This document shows positions 20,742-30,297 of a stretch of DNA of 64,000 nt, one piece after another (position 1 is the first letter of the stretch; each line of letters begins with the position of its first letter). The notes beneath the pieces are model-generated. The model saw only the letters and a list, made by a program, of their open reading frames with translations, had not been told where the DNA came from and did not search any database. Position numbers and translations under genes: made by a program. The DNA comes from Clostridia bacterium (lineage in GTDB: Bacteria; Bacillota; Clostridia; Christensenellales; CAG-138): the NCBI GenBank assembly GCA_036654235.1, contig JAVVSK010000004.1, positions 21,259 to 85,258 of the forward strand, in the 5' to 3' direction.

Positions 20742-21287
20742 TTACGCTTTAAAAAAACGATCCATTTCAGTTAAGACCGTGTTCACAAGTTGGTTCACCG
20801 GTATTCTGCCGTCGATAACTAAATTTGCGCTTGCCCTTTTCTCATCTGTCAAATTTATATATTCATCCCTTTTAAATTTTAAAAAGCTGTCGCGAAAGTC
20901 TATGATATTTAGAACTTCCGTTTTTTCGCACTCTTTATTTATTCTTCGCACCAAGGCTATATCCAGAGGAACATCTATAAATACATTGTAATCTACGAAA
21001 GGCTTTATTTGCATATTTAAAGGCGCAAGAGGATAATCAAAAAAAATAAAATCAAATTTAGCTCTATTATTGTCAAGCAGATAGCATATATCATTTATAA
21101 GAGGTGCCATATCCCAATTTCTGCAATCTAAAACCGGAATATATCTAAAATTATCTGGCACACCTATAAATTTATAATCGTCAAAACATAAAATTGCTGA
21201 ACGCGGATATTTTTTATGCAGAGCGTCCATTAACGTTGTCTTTCCGCCACACGGAACGGAGCTTATCTCTATTACTTTGGGTTTCAT
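20742..21287 (-). CDS. P-loop kinase-like protein (uridine/nucleoside kinase fold)
   Basis: SSVPCGGKTT Walker A variant, FDDY, FIDVPLDIALVRR lid. Confidence 0.65.
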   Translation of the reverse strand: MKPKVIEISSVPCGGKTTLMDALHKKYPRSAILCFDDYKFIGVPDNFRYIPVLDCRNWDMAPLINDICYLLDNNRAKFDFIFFDYPLAPLNMQIKPFVDYNVFIDVPLDIALVRRINKECEKTEVLNIIDFRDSFLKFKRDEYINLTDEKRASANLVIDGRIPVNQLVNTVLTEMDRFFKA

Positions 21288-21534
21288 AAAATCACCTTAA
21301 TCTGATATTTTTAAAAAATAAAAAACCACGAAATATTTATTGCGCGGAGCGATACTAAGATTAAAGTAGGGCTTAAAATCAAAAAATATTTTACCGATAA
21401 CATATTTACATGATTATAAAAAGCCCGAATCGTCTGTAATATCCAATTAATTACATTTACTTTCATTATAAACCATTTTCTTACAGTTGAACAGTTCTTC
21501 TGTTTTTTTATTCAGATTTTTTAAAAATTACGAA

Positions 21535-22671
21535 TTATCCGAATTCGATAAATCCGCAAAATTGTACAGCAAACCTTACGATACAGTCCCAAAAGGAACA
21601 AAATTCAACGTCATTATCGGGGTAAATAGGAATTGTAAGAATTGTTGCGCCTGTTTCGTCTACGCATGTAAAGTTTCCTATAGCAATATCCGTTGCAATA
21701 GGCGCGATCAGCTCTCCAAAATTAACCTTCGCTTCAACTTTTTCGCTTTTTTTAACCAAAACGGAGGCTTCGTCTTTTATAATTAAATTCACCTTTCGGA
21801 TTATCCCGCCGCTCACTTCAACGTTCTCAGCAACTATATCTCCCGGGTTATAGAAAAGCGTTTTTTTATAAGTGGTAAACGCCGATTCAGCCAGCTTAGC
21901 GGCGCTTTTTTCCCGTTCCGCCGCGTTCTTTGCGCCAATAATAACGACGATAACCGTCATTTCACCTCGCCTAACGGCATATACTCCGCAATAAAGCGCC
22001 TCTATTGACGAGCCGGTTGCTAGACCTATACAGCCCGGCAATGTCTTTACAAGCTTATTCGGATTTACCAACTCAGTATCCCCGGCATTTTCATGTTTAA
22101 GAGTATCCATATATAAGCCCGAAAATTTTAGAAATGATTGAGATTTAACGAGAGCAATGGCGACCTTATATATTGCGGTTGCGGAAACGAGTGCCCCGCT
22201 CGAAAGCGCATCGTCAATAGCAAAATCGACATCAAGAGCATCGGCGCGGCTTTTTAGGCGCGATATAAAAGCGTTCCTATCGGGAACAAGAACCTCTGTA
22301 AGCGCATATATCGCGTCTCCTGCTGATATCATTACCGCCGCTTTAAATAGATTTTCCGCACTCATGCTCTCATCTTTTTTTAAAAATGCCGTGGATCCCT
22401 TTATATTTGCCGCGTCCGCGCTTATCTTAATAGTTGCCGCAGGATTGATTTCCCCATTGTCGAACGCTTCCGATATAATGAGAATCGTAAGTAGCCTTGA
22501 TAGTCCAGCAATAGATAAAGCTTTTTCCCCCTCCTTAGAGGAAAGTACGCTAAAAGCGCTCCCGTCCCCCAAAATAAACGCACGCACATCTTCCTCATCT
22601 GCAAAAACATATCCTATCGGCAAAGTAAATAAAAACGAAACCGCAACTATTAATGCAACGATTCTCCGCAT
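21535..22671 (-). CDS. D-alanyl-D-alanine carboxypeptidase (S11, DacF/DacB-like) homolog with degenerate active site
   Basis: Signal peptide, GSTAFLK, LVNPNKLV, C-terminal PBP5-like domain (LIAPI..IG); catalytic motifs altered (see findings). Confidence 0.75.
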   Translation of the reverse strand: MRRIVALIVAVSFLFTLPIGYVFADEEDVRAFILGDGSAFSVLSSKEGEKALSIAGLSRLLTILIISEAFDNGEINPAATIKISADAANIKGSTAFLKKDESMSAENLFKAAVMISAGDAIYALTEVLVPDRNAFISRLKSRADALDVDFAIDDALSSGALVSATAIYKVAIALVKSQSFLKFSGLYMDTLKHENAGDTELVNPNKLVKTLPGCIGLATGSSIEALYCGVYAVRRGEMTVIVVIIGAKNAAEREKSAAKLAESAFTTYKKTLFYNPGDIVAENVEVSGGIIRKVNLIIKDEASVLVKKSEKVEAKVNFGELIAPIATDIAIGNFTCVDETGATILTIPIYPDNDVEFCSFWDCIVRFAVQFCGFIEFG

Positions 22672-22708
22672 AAAAAAGTCTCCCTTACGCATAAGTCTTT
22701 TTTAAGAT

Positions 22709-22737
22709 ATTTATGCGTAAGAGAGCCGAAAAATACT
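22709..22737 (-). promoter_or_regulatory. Sigma-E-like promoter
   Basis: Minus strand AGTATTT-N15-CATAAAT upstream of RBS AAGGGAG. Confidence 0.4.
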
Positions 22738-22801
22738 TGTTTGTTTTTAAATTGGCAACACTAAAAAGCTTTTTTTGCTCCACTTAGAAAGGATTTTTTT
22801 A

Positions 22802-23101
22802 TTAGCCTTCTTCATCGTCGTCATCGTCTTCAAGAAGCGATATAAACTCGTTAAAAACCTCGTCAAGAAGTATGTCGTTTTCTACAGGAACATAAATATC
22901 CTCACCGTTTCGCGTTTCGATCTTTAAAATAAGAACCTCGTCATCTGAAAGACCGGAATCTTCATCTAAAGGCATGAGCGCTACATAGCGCTCTTTCTCG
23001 TACAAAAAAGTCATAACATGGTCGAAATGTGCTTCTTTCCCGTCTTCATCCAATAATACAACTTCATCAAAAATATTCTCGTCGTCAATTCTTTCGCTCA
23101 T
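22802..23101 (-). CDS. DUF1292 family protein
   Basis: Acidic small protein (VLLDEDGKE..F..Y..L) in the conserved ireB-ruvX-DUF1292 order. Confidence 0.8.
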   Translation of the reverse strand: MSERIDDENIFDEVVLLDEDGKEAHFDHVMTFLYEKERYVALMPLDEDSGLSDDEVLILKIETRNGEDIYVPVENDILLDEVFNEFISLLEDDDDDEEG

Positions 23102-23520
23102 ATATTACCTCCGTTTGAATCTAAAAAACCTTGCAGAATTATTGTTGCCGCAAGTTTATCAACAACGCCTTTTCTCTTATCCCTCTTAACATTGCCCTCT
23201 ATTAAAATTCGGTTGGCAGATACCGTCGTCAATCGTTCGTCTATAAATATCGGCGTTTTATCGAGAACGGCGCAAAGTTTATCGGCGAAGTCGCGAACAT
23301 TCTCCGCCTGAAAGCCCTCACTCCCGTTCATATTCCTTGGAAGCCCGAAAATAAGTCTGCATGGATCATAAACCTTAACAATCTCAGCTAATTTTTGTAT
23401 ATCAAGATCAAAATCGTCAGAACGAATAAAAGTCTGGATGCCCTGAGCCGTATAATTTAATGGGTCGCTTACAGCAAGCCCGATTCGTCTATCCCCAACG
23501 TCAAAAGCAAAACACCTCAT
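23098..23520 (-). CDS. ruvX: Holliday junction resolvase-like / pre-16S rRNA nuclease YqgF
   Basis: DVGDRRIGLAVSD, GLPRNMNG, DERLTT, VDKLAATIILQGFLD. Confidence 0.95.
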   Translation of the reverse strand: MRCFAFDVGDRRIGLAVSDPLNYTAQGIQTFIRSDDFDLDIQKLAEIVKVYDPCRLIFGLPRNMNGSEGFQAENVRDFADKLCAVLDKTPIFIDERLTTVSANRILIEGNVKRDKRKGVVDKLAATIILQGFLDSNGGNI

Positions 23521-23807
23521 TCTTCACTGTCTTTCTTTCCCGATTTATGATTATCAATATAAAAGCGCACAAGTTCCTCAAGAAGTTCATCGCGCTCTAT
23601 TCGCGTTATCATAAAACGCGCGTCTTTAAAGCTGGTAACGTACGTCGGATCTCCGGATATAAGATAGCCTACTATTTGATTTATCGGATCATAGCCTTTT
23701 TTTTCAAGCGCGGTATGTACGTTTAAGATTATGTCCTTAGCGCTACTCTTTTCTCCGCCACGTTGAAATTTAATTGTTTCAAACTTTTCATCATTATTTT
23801 TACCCAT
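23517..23807 (-). CDS. IreB/ReoM family regulatory phosphoprotein (UPF0297)
   Basis: ALEKKGYDPINQIVGYLISGDPTYVT...ERDELLEELV. Confidence 0.92.
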   Translation of the reverse strand: MGKNNDEKFETIKFQRGGEKSSAKDIILNVHTALEKKGYDPINQIVGYLISGDPTYVTSFKDARFMITRIERDELLEELVRFYIDNHKSGKKDSEE

Positions 23808-23902
23808 AAATACCTCCCCTAGGATCCATGTCCCCTACAATAGTATTATAAATCTTTTTACCTTATAAAGTCAAAGCAGTTAAACCCTTCATGTAATTTC
23901 CG

Positions 23903-24862
23903 TTATGTTTCATTTTGCATTATATTTTCACAAAACAAAGCCGCACCCAACATACCTGCGTCGTTTCTTACCGAAGCCGGAACGATATCGGCATATGAGC
24001 GATAAAAACATTTTTTTCGTACAAGACGAACGAGAGGCTCGAAGAAAAAATCACCTATCGCGCTTATACCTCCGCCTATCGCAACCATCTCCGGATCTAA
24101 AAAGGCTATTACCGAAGCCAGCATAGTGGCTACCCTATCAATAAACTCATTAAAAATTCCAATCGACTCTTTATCTCCCTGCTTTGCACAGGCAACAATA
24201 AGCTCGGTTGAAAGTTTCACCGACTCTTCTTCCATTCTTTTTTTAAACAGACTCACTTCTCCTCTCTCTATACTGTCCTTAGCTAAGTTTAATATTCCTG
24301 TTGCGCTGCACATGACATCGTTACAGCCGTAATTACCGCATGCGCATTTCACCTTGCTGTTATAATCGAAAACCATATGACCGAGCTCAACGCCCTGCGT
24401 CTTTCCACCGCAAAATAGTTTCCCGCCAAGTATTAGTCCGCTTCCAACTCCCGTACCTATAGTTATCATAATTGCCGTATCCGTTTCATGTAAAACCCCA
24501 TATCTAAGTTCCGCAAGGGCCGCCGCATCCGCATCGTTTAAAGCGATAGAAGGAATGCCGGTAAGCCCTAACATCATCGCGGTAATCGGCTCGTCATGTA
24601 AGAAAATATTGTGCGCGTCTATAATTTTTCCCCGAGATACGTCAACTGTCCCCGGAATAGCCAATCCAATGGCGTCAATATTAGAAAAGTCAAGTCCCTT
24701 TAAAAAAACAACCTCTCGCATCATATCGCGTATTTCGCGGCAAAGCCCCTCAAGCGGTTTTTTTTGAGTATAGAGCTTACTGTTTTTTTGGATAAGCTTA
24801 TTACCATCGAAAAGTCCAAGCTTTATAGCCGTTCCTCCTATATCAACTCCGAATCTCAGCAT
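23903..24862 (-). CDS. ROK-family sugar kinase (glucokinase-like)
   Basis: GVDIGGT, NDADAAALAE, TIGTGVGSG, ELGH, CACGNYGC; no N-terminal HTH. Confidence 0.9.
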   Translation of the reverse strand: MLRFGVDIGGTAIKLGLFDGNKLIQKNSKLYTQKKPLEGLCREIRDMMREVVFLKGLDFSNIDAIGLAIPGTVDVSRGKIIDAHNIFLHDEPITAMMLGLTGIPSIALNDADAAALAELRYGVLHETDTAIMITIGTGVGSGLILGGKLFCGGKTQGVELGHMVFDYNSKVKCACGNYGCNDVMCSATGILNLAKDSIERGEVSLFKKRMEEESVKLSTELIVACAKQGDKESIGIFNEFIDRVATMLASVIAFLDPEMVAIGGGISAIGDFFFEPLVRLVRKKCFYRSYADIVPASVRNDAGMLGAALFCENIMQNET

Positions 24863-24915
24863 AATAACCTCCTAAACTTTGAATTCAAAAATCAAAAACG
24901 TTTAAACCTTAACGA

Positions 24916-25785
24916 TTATTGAATTTTTTCTTCCGTAGCATATTTAATACTCAGTTTGTCCATAAAATACGCTATAACCACGCCTATTGCGAATGCACCA
25001 AGATATATTATAAGGTTCGTATTTAAAGCCAACTCCGAAAACGGTATTATAGTTATGGTTGATGATATTACAACACCTAATATTATGCTAAACATAACTT
25101 CGTATTTTTTTTCAAACAACCGATTTACAACGCGCGCAAAAAGTGCAATGCAAAGTATAAGCCCAACGATAAGCGGAATAAGTACGCCCATATTTAGGTT
25201 GGCTATTCCTTCGGTCATCGGTTGATAAAGACCTAAAAATATAAGAAAGGCAGATGAGCTGAGGCCCGGTACAATAAGGCTTATTCCCCATAGCGCTCCG
25301 CAAAATGCCCACCATAGTATCGTGGGTTCGACGCTTAATTTAACACCGTATTGTAAATATAACAACAATCCCAGTGAAACAGCGGCGCTAACAGCAAGAG
25401 TCACCCATGACAATTTTGTACGCCCTTTTTTACCCGCCGAACGCCAAAGCGCAGGAAGCGTACCTACAATAAGACCTATAAAAAGACATACGGCAGGCGT
25501 TGTTGCGTTTTTAAATAAAAGATCGACAAGTCGGGCAAGCCCTAAAAAGCCGACAGCCCAACCCACGAATATTGGAATGAAAAATTTATAATAACGTTTA
25601 AATGTTTTAAGCGGATGCGCCAAAAAAGCCATCATAGGTTCGTAAACGCCGAAAAGCATACATAAAACACCCCCGCTTATACCAGGCAATATCGCCCCGA
25701 CGCCTATTATTGCACCCTTTATTATAGCCAACAACCATTCTTTTATTGATTTATGACTGTATTCCTTTTTTATATCACTTTCCAT
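24916..25785 (-). CDS. DUF368 membrane protein (undecaprenyl-phosphate translocase family)
   Basis: Duplicated motifs ILPGISGG and IVPGLSSS in a multi-TM protein. Confidence 0.85.
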   Translation of the reverse strand: MESDIKKEYSHKSIKEWLLAIIKGAIIGVGAILPGISGGVLCMLFGVYEPMMAFLAHPLKTFKRYYKFFIPIFVGWAVGFLGLARLVDLLFKNATTPAVCLFIGLIVGTLPALWRSAGKKGRTKLSWVTLAVSAAVSLGLLLYLQYGVKLSVEPTILWWAFCGALWGISLIVPGLSSSAFLIFLGLYQPMTEGIANLNMGVLIPLIVGLILCIALFARVVNRLFEKKYEVMFSIILGVVISSTITIIPFSELALNTNLIIYLGAFAIGVVIAYFMDKLSIKYATEEKIQ

Positions 25786-26138
25786 TTTTTAGTTTAAGTT
25801 CCCCTCTTTTATTCATTGTAAATTTGCTTGCTTATTGATAAACATTGATTATTCTCGATTTTCTCTGTTTTTTATTTAAGGTTTTGCATCCTTTTAAGGC
25901 AAGCTCCATTAAAAATGCAGAATATGCAACTAATTTTAGCATAGATATCCGACTTTTAGGATGAATTTTTTGTGACAAACTTAGGTCGGAATAATGATAA
26001 CGAACAGAACAACTTATTAGTTAAAGAACAGTTCAATAGCATAGGATAAAAAATGCCGCCCAAATAACGCAAAACGGCATTAATTTAAGCGGCATAAATT
26101 CAATTAACAAAGCCTAATGCTATCGACCAAATAGCGGC

Positions 26139-29100
26139 TTATTTCAATAGATTATGCAAAAGTGCAATTTCGTACAATATCATAGCGGCATCTCCGGTAT
26201 TGGCATTTCCGTCTCCATTTATATCGGCCGCATCAAATACGAAGAAATCATCATTGAAACCTACACAATATCTGAGTATTGCGGATACATCGCCAGTATT
26301 GATGTTTCCATCTCCGTTAGCGTCCCCAATAAGCAAAGGAACAGGTGTCGGTGTCGGCGCTACGGCTGTCGGTGTCGGCGCTACGGCTGTCGGTGTCGGC
26401 GCTACGGCTGTCGGTGTTGGCGCTACGGCTGTCGGTGTCGGCGCTACGGCTGTCGGTGTCGGCGCTACGGGTGTTGCTGTCGGCATCGGCGTAGGTGTGG
26501 AAGAACCTCCAACGCGTTCAAACAACATTACGCTTGATGGGAAAGCGCTCTCATTTCCGCTCAAATCGCTTACCGTGAAACTCATTGCATTCGCATCTAG
26601 GGCAAGATAGGGCCAATTAACGAATTTAGTTTCGCGAAGCCTATAAGAAGAATCTACGGGTTCAAGTTTAAATCTGCATTCCGCATATGGAGAGCCAAAC
26701 TTCAATCTTCCCGCGGTATCAGAATAAAGTTCCCTACCTAAGCCATCCTGCCACTTCATTACGTATCCGCTCTCGTTCCCATCTTCAAAGCACCATTGTA
26801 AAGAGCTTACTCCAACTCCGGTAGAAATTACGCGATTCCCGTCGTTCGAAAGCATAACGGCAATTGCCAATGGTTCAAAAGGATATACAGCGGAGTTTAT
26901 ATAGGAAAGCGCATAAGCAGTATCGCCGTTTTTTATAACAACCATATACTGTTTATTTTCTTCTATAGCGTTCGCACGGATATATTCAACGCCCGCGGGA
27001 ACCTCCTGCATAGCCGCTTCGACAATCGTTACAGTAAGCGTTCTTTCGCAGTATGTCCCGTCCATATTGATAATTTTTACACGTACGGTAATATCTCCGG
27101 CAACATAGCCATAAGCGGAGGCGCTTATAGGCGTTTCCCCCTGAACAGGCTGTAAGCTTCCCAACCCGCTCTTAAGCTGCCATTCTATCTTTGCAACACA
27201 TTCCGGATTGACGTTGCCATCATATACTACAGAAATATCGAACAATTCGTTTACTTGCGGAGCATTGTTGGAAAGAGAGAGATTAAAGTTCGTCGCGGCC
27301 CCTTCGATAGGCTGCACAACCGTAACATTGCATTTAGCCGTGTAACCTCCATCGATAGTTGTAACGGTTATCTCCGCTTGTCCTATTCCCATGCCGGTTA
27401 AAAGTCCGTTTCCGTTTATCGTAACAACATCATTGTTGCTGCTCTGCCATGTAAGTTCTTTATTAAGCGCTGTCGACGGAATAATAACTGCCGTCAACTG
27501 ATACATTTGCCCTATCATTAGCAGCGGTATAGTAGACGGAATAAGTTTAACGCTGGCAACTCTGTCCGGATCAAGCTCAATGCGCTTATAAAGCGTTATA
27601 AAGGAAGAGCTGGTCGCACTGTAATACTCGAATCCGCCCATGTCACCCTGAAGACAGTTATACGTGCCGGAAGGTCCGTTAACTATCTGTAATCTTCCAT
27701 TGGTCGCATTATATGTGAAATAATATGACGGAGCCGTGGGGTTCAAGGTGCAATAGCCAACGCTCGTCGAACCCAAATATCCCGAACCAAATGCACTTCT
27801 TAACGAATATCCCGCTCCGTTTGTTTCAAATATCCATTCGGCATGCTGATCTATATTTCCGGTTACATATTGATCATTTATTACGATAGGGAGAGAGATA
27901 AATTCGCGTCCGGATATCTCATCCGTCAATGCAAATTGATCGTCCGCAACTACAACATAGGTTTCTCCCGGTTCGATAGTATCACTTTTAAGGTAAATCG
28001 TTCCCTCTGTTACCGGCGGAACAGGTGAAGGAACGCTTCCGCTGCCCTTTATAGAAACGCCTATATAGGTAAGTTTTGAAGATGCGTTCGCCGGCGGAAC
28101 AAAGTTCCTGCCTATGGGCTTTATTACCGCTGAGCCGCCGCCCGCAATACTAGAACTATTCTCGGTAAAGACAACCGGCGAAAGCAGTTCATATAGACTG
28201 TCCATATTGTAGAATTTAGAAGGATCGTAACCGTTCTGATGCTCAAATCCATACAGTCCGTCGTAGCTTTGACTGTCGTTAGCAACGAGGGCAACGCGGA
28301 AGCCCTTTACTATTTCCTGTGTGCTTTTCCCTTCCATAGGCGTTCCCGTCATTGCCTGACCTATAGCCGCTATCGAGCTGGTTCCGTTAGCAACTAAAGT
28401 TGACATACGCTTAAATATTGTGTTCGTATTGGCCTGGGAAAATAGATATTGCGCTAAAAGAGATGCCTGAGAATATGTATATAGTACATTATGATCGCTC
28501 TGATCCCATTGATATAGGGTTGCTCCCGATTGGATATCCGAAGTTACGGGACATTCCTGAGGTGTCATTAACCCCGTTGAATTTCCATTTTCGTCATAAA
28601 GCACTGTATACGGCTCGCCTATATAGGTCTTTATACGACCGTAAAGCGAGCTGCCCGGATATATTATCTCTTCGGATGCTGCACTCATCATCTCGTTTAA
28701 CCATGAATCCGATGCACCTTCGGACATATTGTAGTTGATAAGATGCTGAAACTCATGAATAAACGTACCGAACGTTTCTTCTATATTTTTACTATATACA
28801 CCTTCTGAGTTTGTATATTCAACTCCGGGATAAGTGTCAATATTTACCATAGCACAACCGTTGCTGTAGTAATCTCCCGAAGTAAAATATCCCGCTATAT
28901 ACGATTCTCCCGGCTGCCAACCGTCATCTATATTATAGTACATAAGATTGATTTTTCTCTCCCCGGTCGGGTCGTAAAAATCGCCAAACGCATCTACCAT
29001 AAGCTCAAACTTTGAGTCAAACTCATCTCTGACTATATCCCCATAGGTAGGATCTATAATGTCGAGAGGATGATAGTTATTAGTATTTGAATTTGGTGTC

Positions 29101-29579
29101 CATACATAACAATGTTGACCCACAGCAAGGCATTTGAAGTTTATCGTATAACTACCGTACCCAATCATGTCAATCACTTCGAAATTTTTGGTCTGACCTA
29201 CGGCATATGTCTTCGTCGGTTCGTCATGTTGAGTATTCTTTAAAGTTTTTAAATCGACGCTTGTATCTGGAATAACATTGATTATAGATGGTCTGTCCTT
29301 ATCTAATGCTATGGTTTCTCCCTTTTCTGAAGGCGCTATATTCGTCTCTATAAGACCCGAAAGATTTCCCGTTGAGGCTCCGTCCCCGCCGGTCGATTGA
29401 TTATATATAACAACATAATCGCCGTCATACCCGCCGTCGGGATTCATGTCTATAGTCGTATGTCCCGTATTTTGCGATTTTTCTGCACCAACCCAAGCTA
29501 AGGACAAAGGTGACATTGCCGAGAACATAAGCACCGCCGTCAAGCCCAACGCAATAACCGTAAATATATTTTTTTTCAT
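26139..29579 (-). CDS. Secreted modular zinc metallopeptidase-like protein: M30/M6-like domain, two repeated beta modules, Big_2 Ig domain, PT linker, C-terminal dockerin
   Basis: Signal peptide; FIHEFQHLINY...WLNEMMS; Big_2 (LTWQSSNNDVVTINGNGLLTG); (VAPTPTA)n; GDANGDGNINTGD...ADINGDGNANTGD. Confidence 0.8.
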   Translation of the reverse strand: MKKNIFTVIALGLTAVLMFSAMSPLSLAWVGAEKSQNTGHTTIDMNPDGGYDGDYVVIYNQSTGGDGASTGNLSGLIETNIAPSEKGETIALDKDRPSIINVIPDTSVDLKTLKNTQHDEPTKTYAVGQTKNFEVIDMIGYGSYTINFKCLAVGQHCYVWTPNSNTNNYHPLDIIDPTYGDIVRDEFDSKFELMVDAFGDFYDPTGERKINLMYYNIDDGWQPGESYIAGYFTSGDYYSNGCAMVNIDTYPGVEYTNSEGVYSKNIEETFGTFIHEFQHLINYNMSEGASDSWLNEMMSAASEEIIYPGSSLYGRIKTYIGEPYTVLYDENGNSTGLMTPQECPVTSDIQSGATLYQWDQSDHNVLYTYSQASLLAQYLFSQANTNTIFKRMSTLVANGTSSIAAIGQAMTGTPMEGKSTQEIVKGFRVALVANDSQSYDGLYGFEHQNGYDPSKFYNMDSLYELLSPVVFTENSSSIAGGGSAVIKPIGRNFVPPANASSKLTYIGVSIKGSGSVPSPVPPVTEGTIYLKSDTIEPGETYVVVADDQFALTDEISGREFISLPIVINDQYVTGNIDQHAEWIFETNGAGYSLRSAFGSGYLGSTSVGYCTLNPTAPSYYFTYNATNGRLQIVNGPSGTYNCLQGDMGGFEYYSATSSSFITLYKRIELDPDRVASVKLIPSTIPLLMIGQMYQLTAVIIPSTALNKELTWQSSNNDVVTINGNGLLTGMGIGQAEITVTTIDGGYTAKCNVTVVQPIEGAATNFNLSLSNNAPQVNELFDISVVYDGNVNPECVAKIEWQLKSGLGSLQPVQGETPISASAYGYVAGDITVRVKIINMDGTYCERTLTVTIVEAAMQEVPAGVEYIRANAIEENKQYMVVIKNGDTAYALSYINSAVYPFEPLAIAVMLSNDGNRVISTGVGVSSLQWCFEDGNESGYVMKWQDGLGRELYSDTAGRLKFGSPYAECRFKLEPVDSSYRLRETKFVNWPYLALDANAMSFTVSDLSGNESAFPSSVMLFERVGGSSTPTPMPTATPVAPTPTAVAPTPTAVAPTPTAVAPTPTAVAPTPTAVAPTPTPVPLLIGDANGDGNINTGDVSAILRYCVGFNDDFFVFDAADINGDGNANTGDAAMILYEIALLHNLLK
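26347..26472 (-). repeat. 21-bp tandem repeat, about 6 copies, encoding the AVAPTPT linker
   Basis: (GTCGGTGTCGGCGCTACGGCT)n on the plus strand, with only two variant positions. Confidence 0.95.
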
Positions 29580-29631
29580 TATTATTTTCCTCTCTGCTTT
29601 TTTAAATTATCAAATTTATTATTAAGAAAAA

Positions 29632-30297
29632 TCATGCACGCTTGTAAATCTTATGCCTATACCAAAAAGCATCATCTTTAGTCAAGACCAAAATATCAAT
29701 ATCACCCCCGCAAGTTTTTAAACGAGATTCGAATCTCTGATATTTGATAGTAAGATCAATTAAAAACTCCGCAAAATCTATCGCGTCTTTTAAAGGCATT
29801 ATGTTGAAATTAATAAGCATTTGCGGATCCGCGTTCATAAGTTTTGTTATCGCCTGCTGTTCTCCGCTCCAAGACGCAGCGTATCTTATCTTTCCGTCTT
29901 TTATATTCCAACGCTTTGATTCGCGATTTACATCGTACATAAAAGGCTCGTCCCCATCGTACCCGGCTGCAAAAAAATGCACCTGTGGAAAATATCGCAG
30001 AGCATATTGCTGCAACTTTTTTGTCACATCGCTCACCGTATCGTATGGAGTTACCTCTTCAATTTCAAATACACGTAAAAAGTCGGCTACAGCCTTTTCG
30101 CCCAATATACCCGCCCCACATGCGGTTATACCGACGCGCACCTTGCTTAAAAGCACTATTTTCTGAGCATTATCGCTTATCGAAAAAAGCGTATTTGGCG
30201 CCTGATCATCTTTAGCGTTTTTAAGACCAACAGTCATTCTACTATCGGTTGCCAAAACAATGCCTTCCGGCACGTAAACAGAACACATTACAGACAT
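29632..30297 (-). CDS. Proteasome-beta-like Ntn-hydrolase family protein
   Basis: N-terminal (M)SVMCSVYVPEGIVLATDSRMT, ..QKI.., VGITACG, C-terminal TCGGDIDILVL; strong RBS AGGAGGGG. Confidence 0.7.
   Translation of the reverse strand: MSVMCSVYVPEGIVLATDSRMTVGLKNAKDDQAPNTLFSISDNAQKIVLLSKVRVGITACGAGILGEKAVADFLRVFEIEEVTPYDTVSDVTKKLQQYALRYFPQVHFFAAGYDGDEPFMYDVNRESKRWNIKDGKIRYAASWSGEQQAITKLMNADPQMLINFNIMPLKDAIDFAEFLIDLTIKYQRFESRLKTCGGDIDILVLTKDDAFWYRHKIYKRA

Noticed and set aside
25790-26138. Structured RNA upstream of the DUF368 gene
   Set aside because: Only short scattered inverted repeats (TCCGAC/GTCGGA, ATGCCGC/GCGGCAT), compatible with a terminator and chance.
26347-26472. Possible CRISPR array
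   Set aside because: Units are contiguous with no spacers, lie inside a coding frame, and no cas genes are present.
26154-26610. Plus-strand ORFs with (CRCRRYG)n and (GVGATAV)n repeats
   Set aside because: Antisense shadows of the 21-bp PT-linker repeat within the minus-strand gene.
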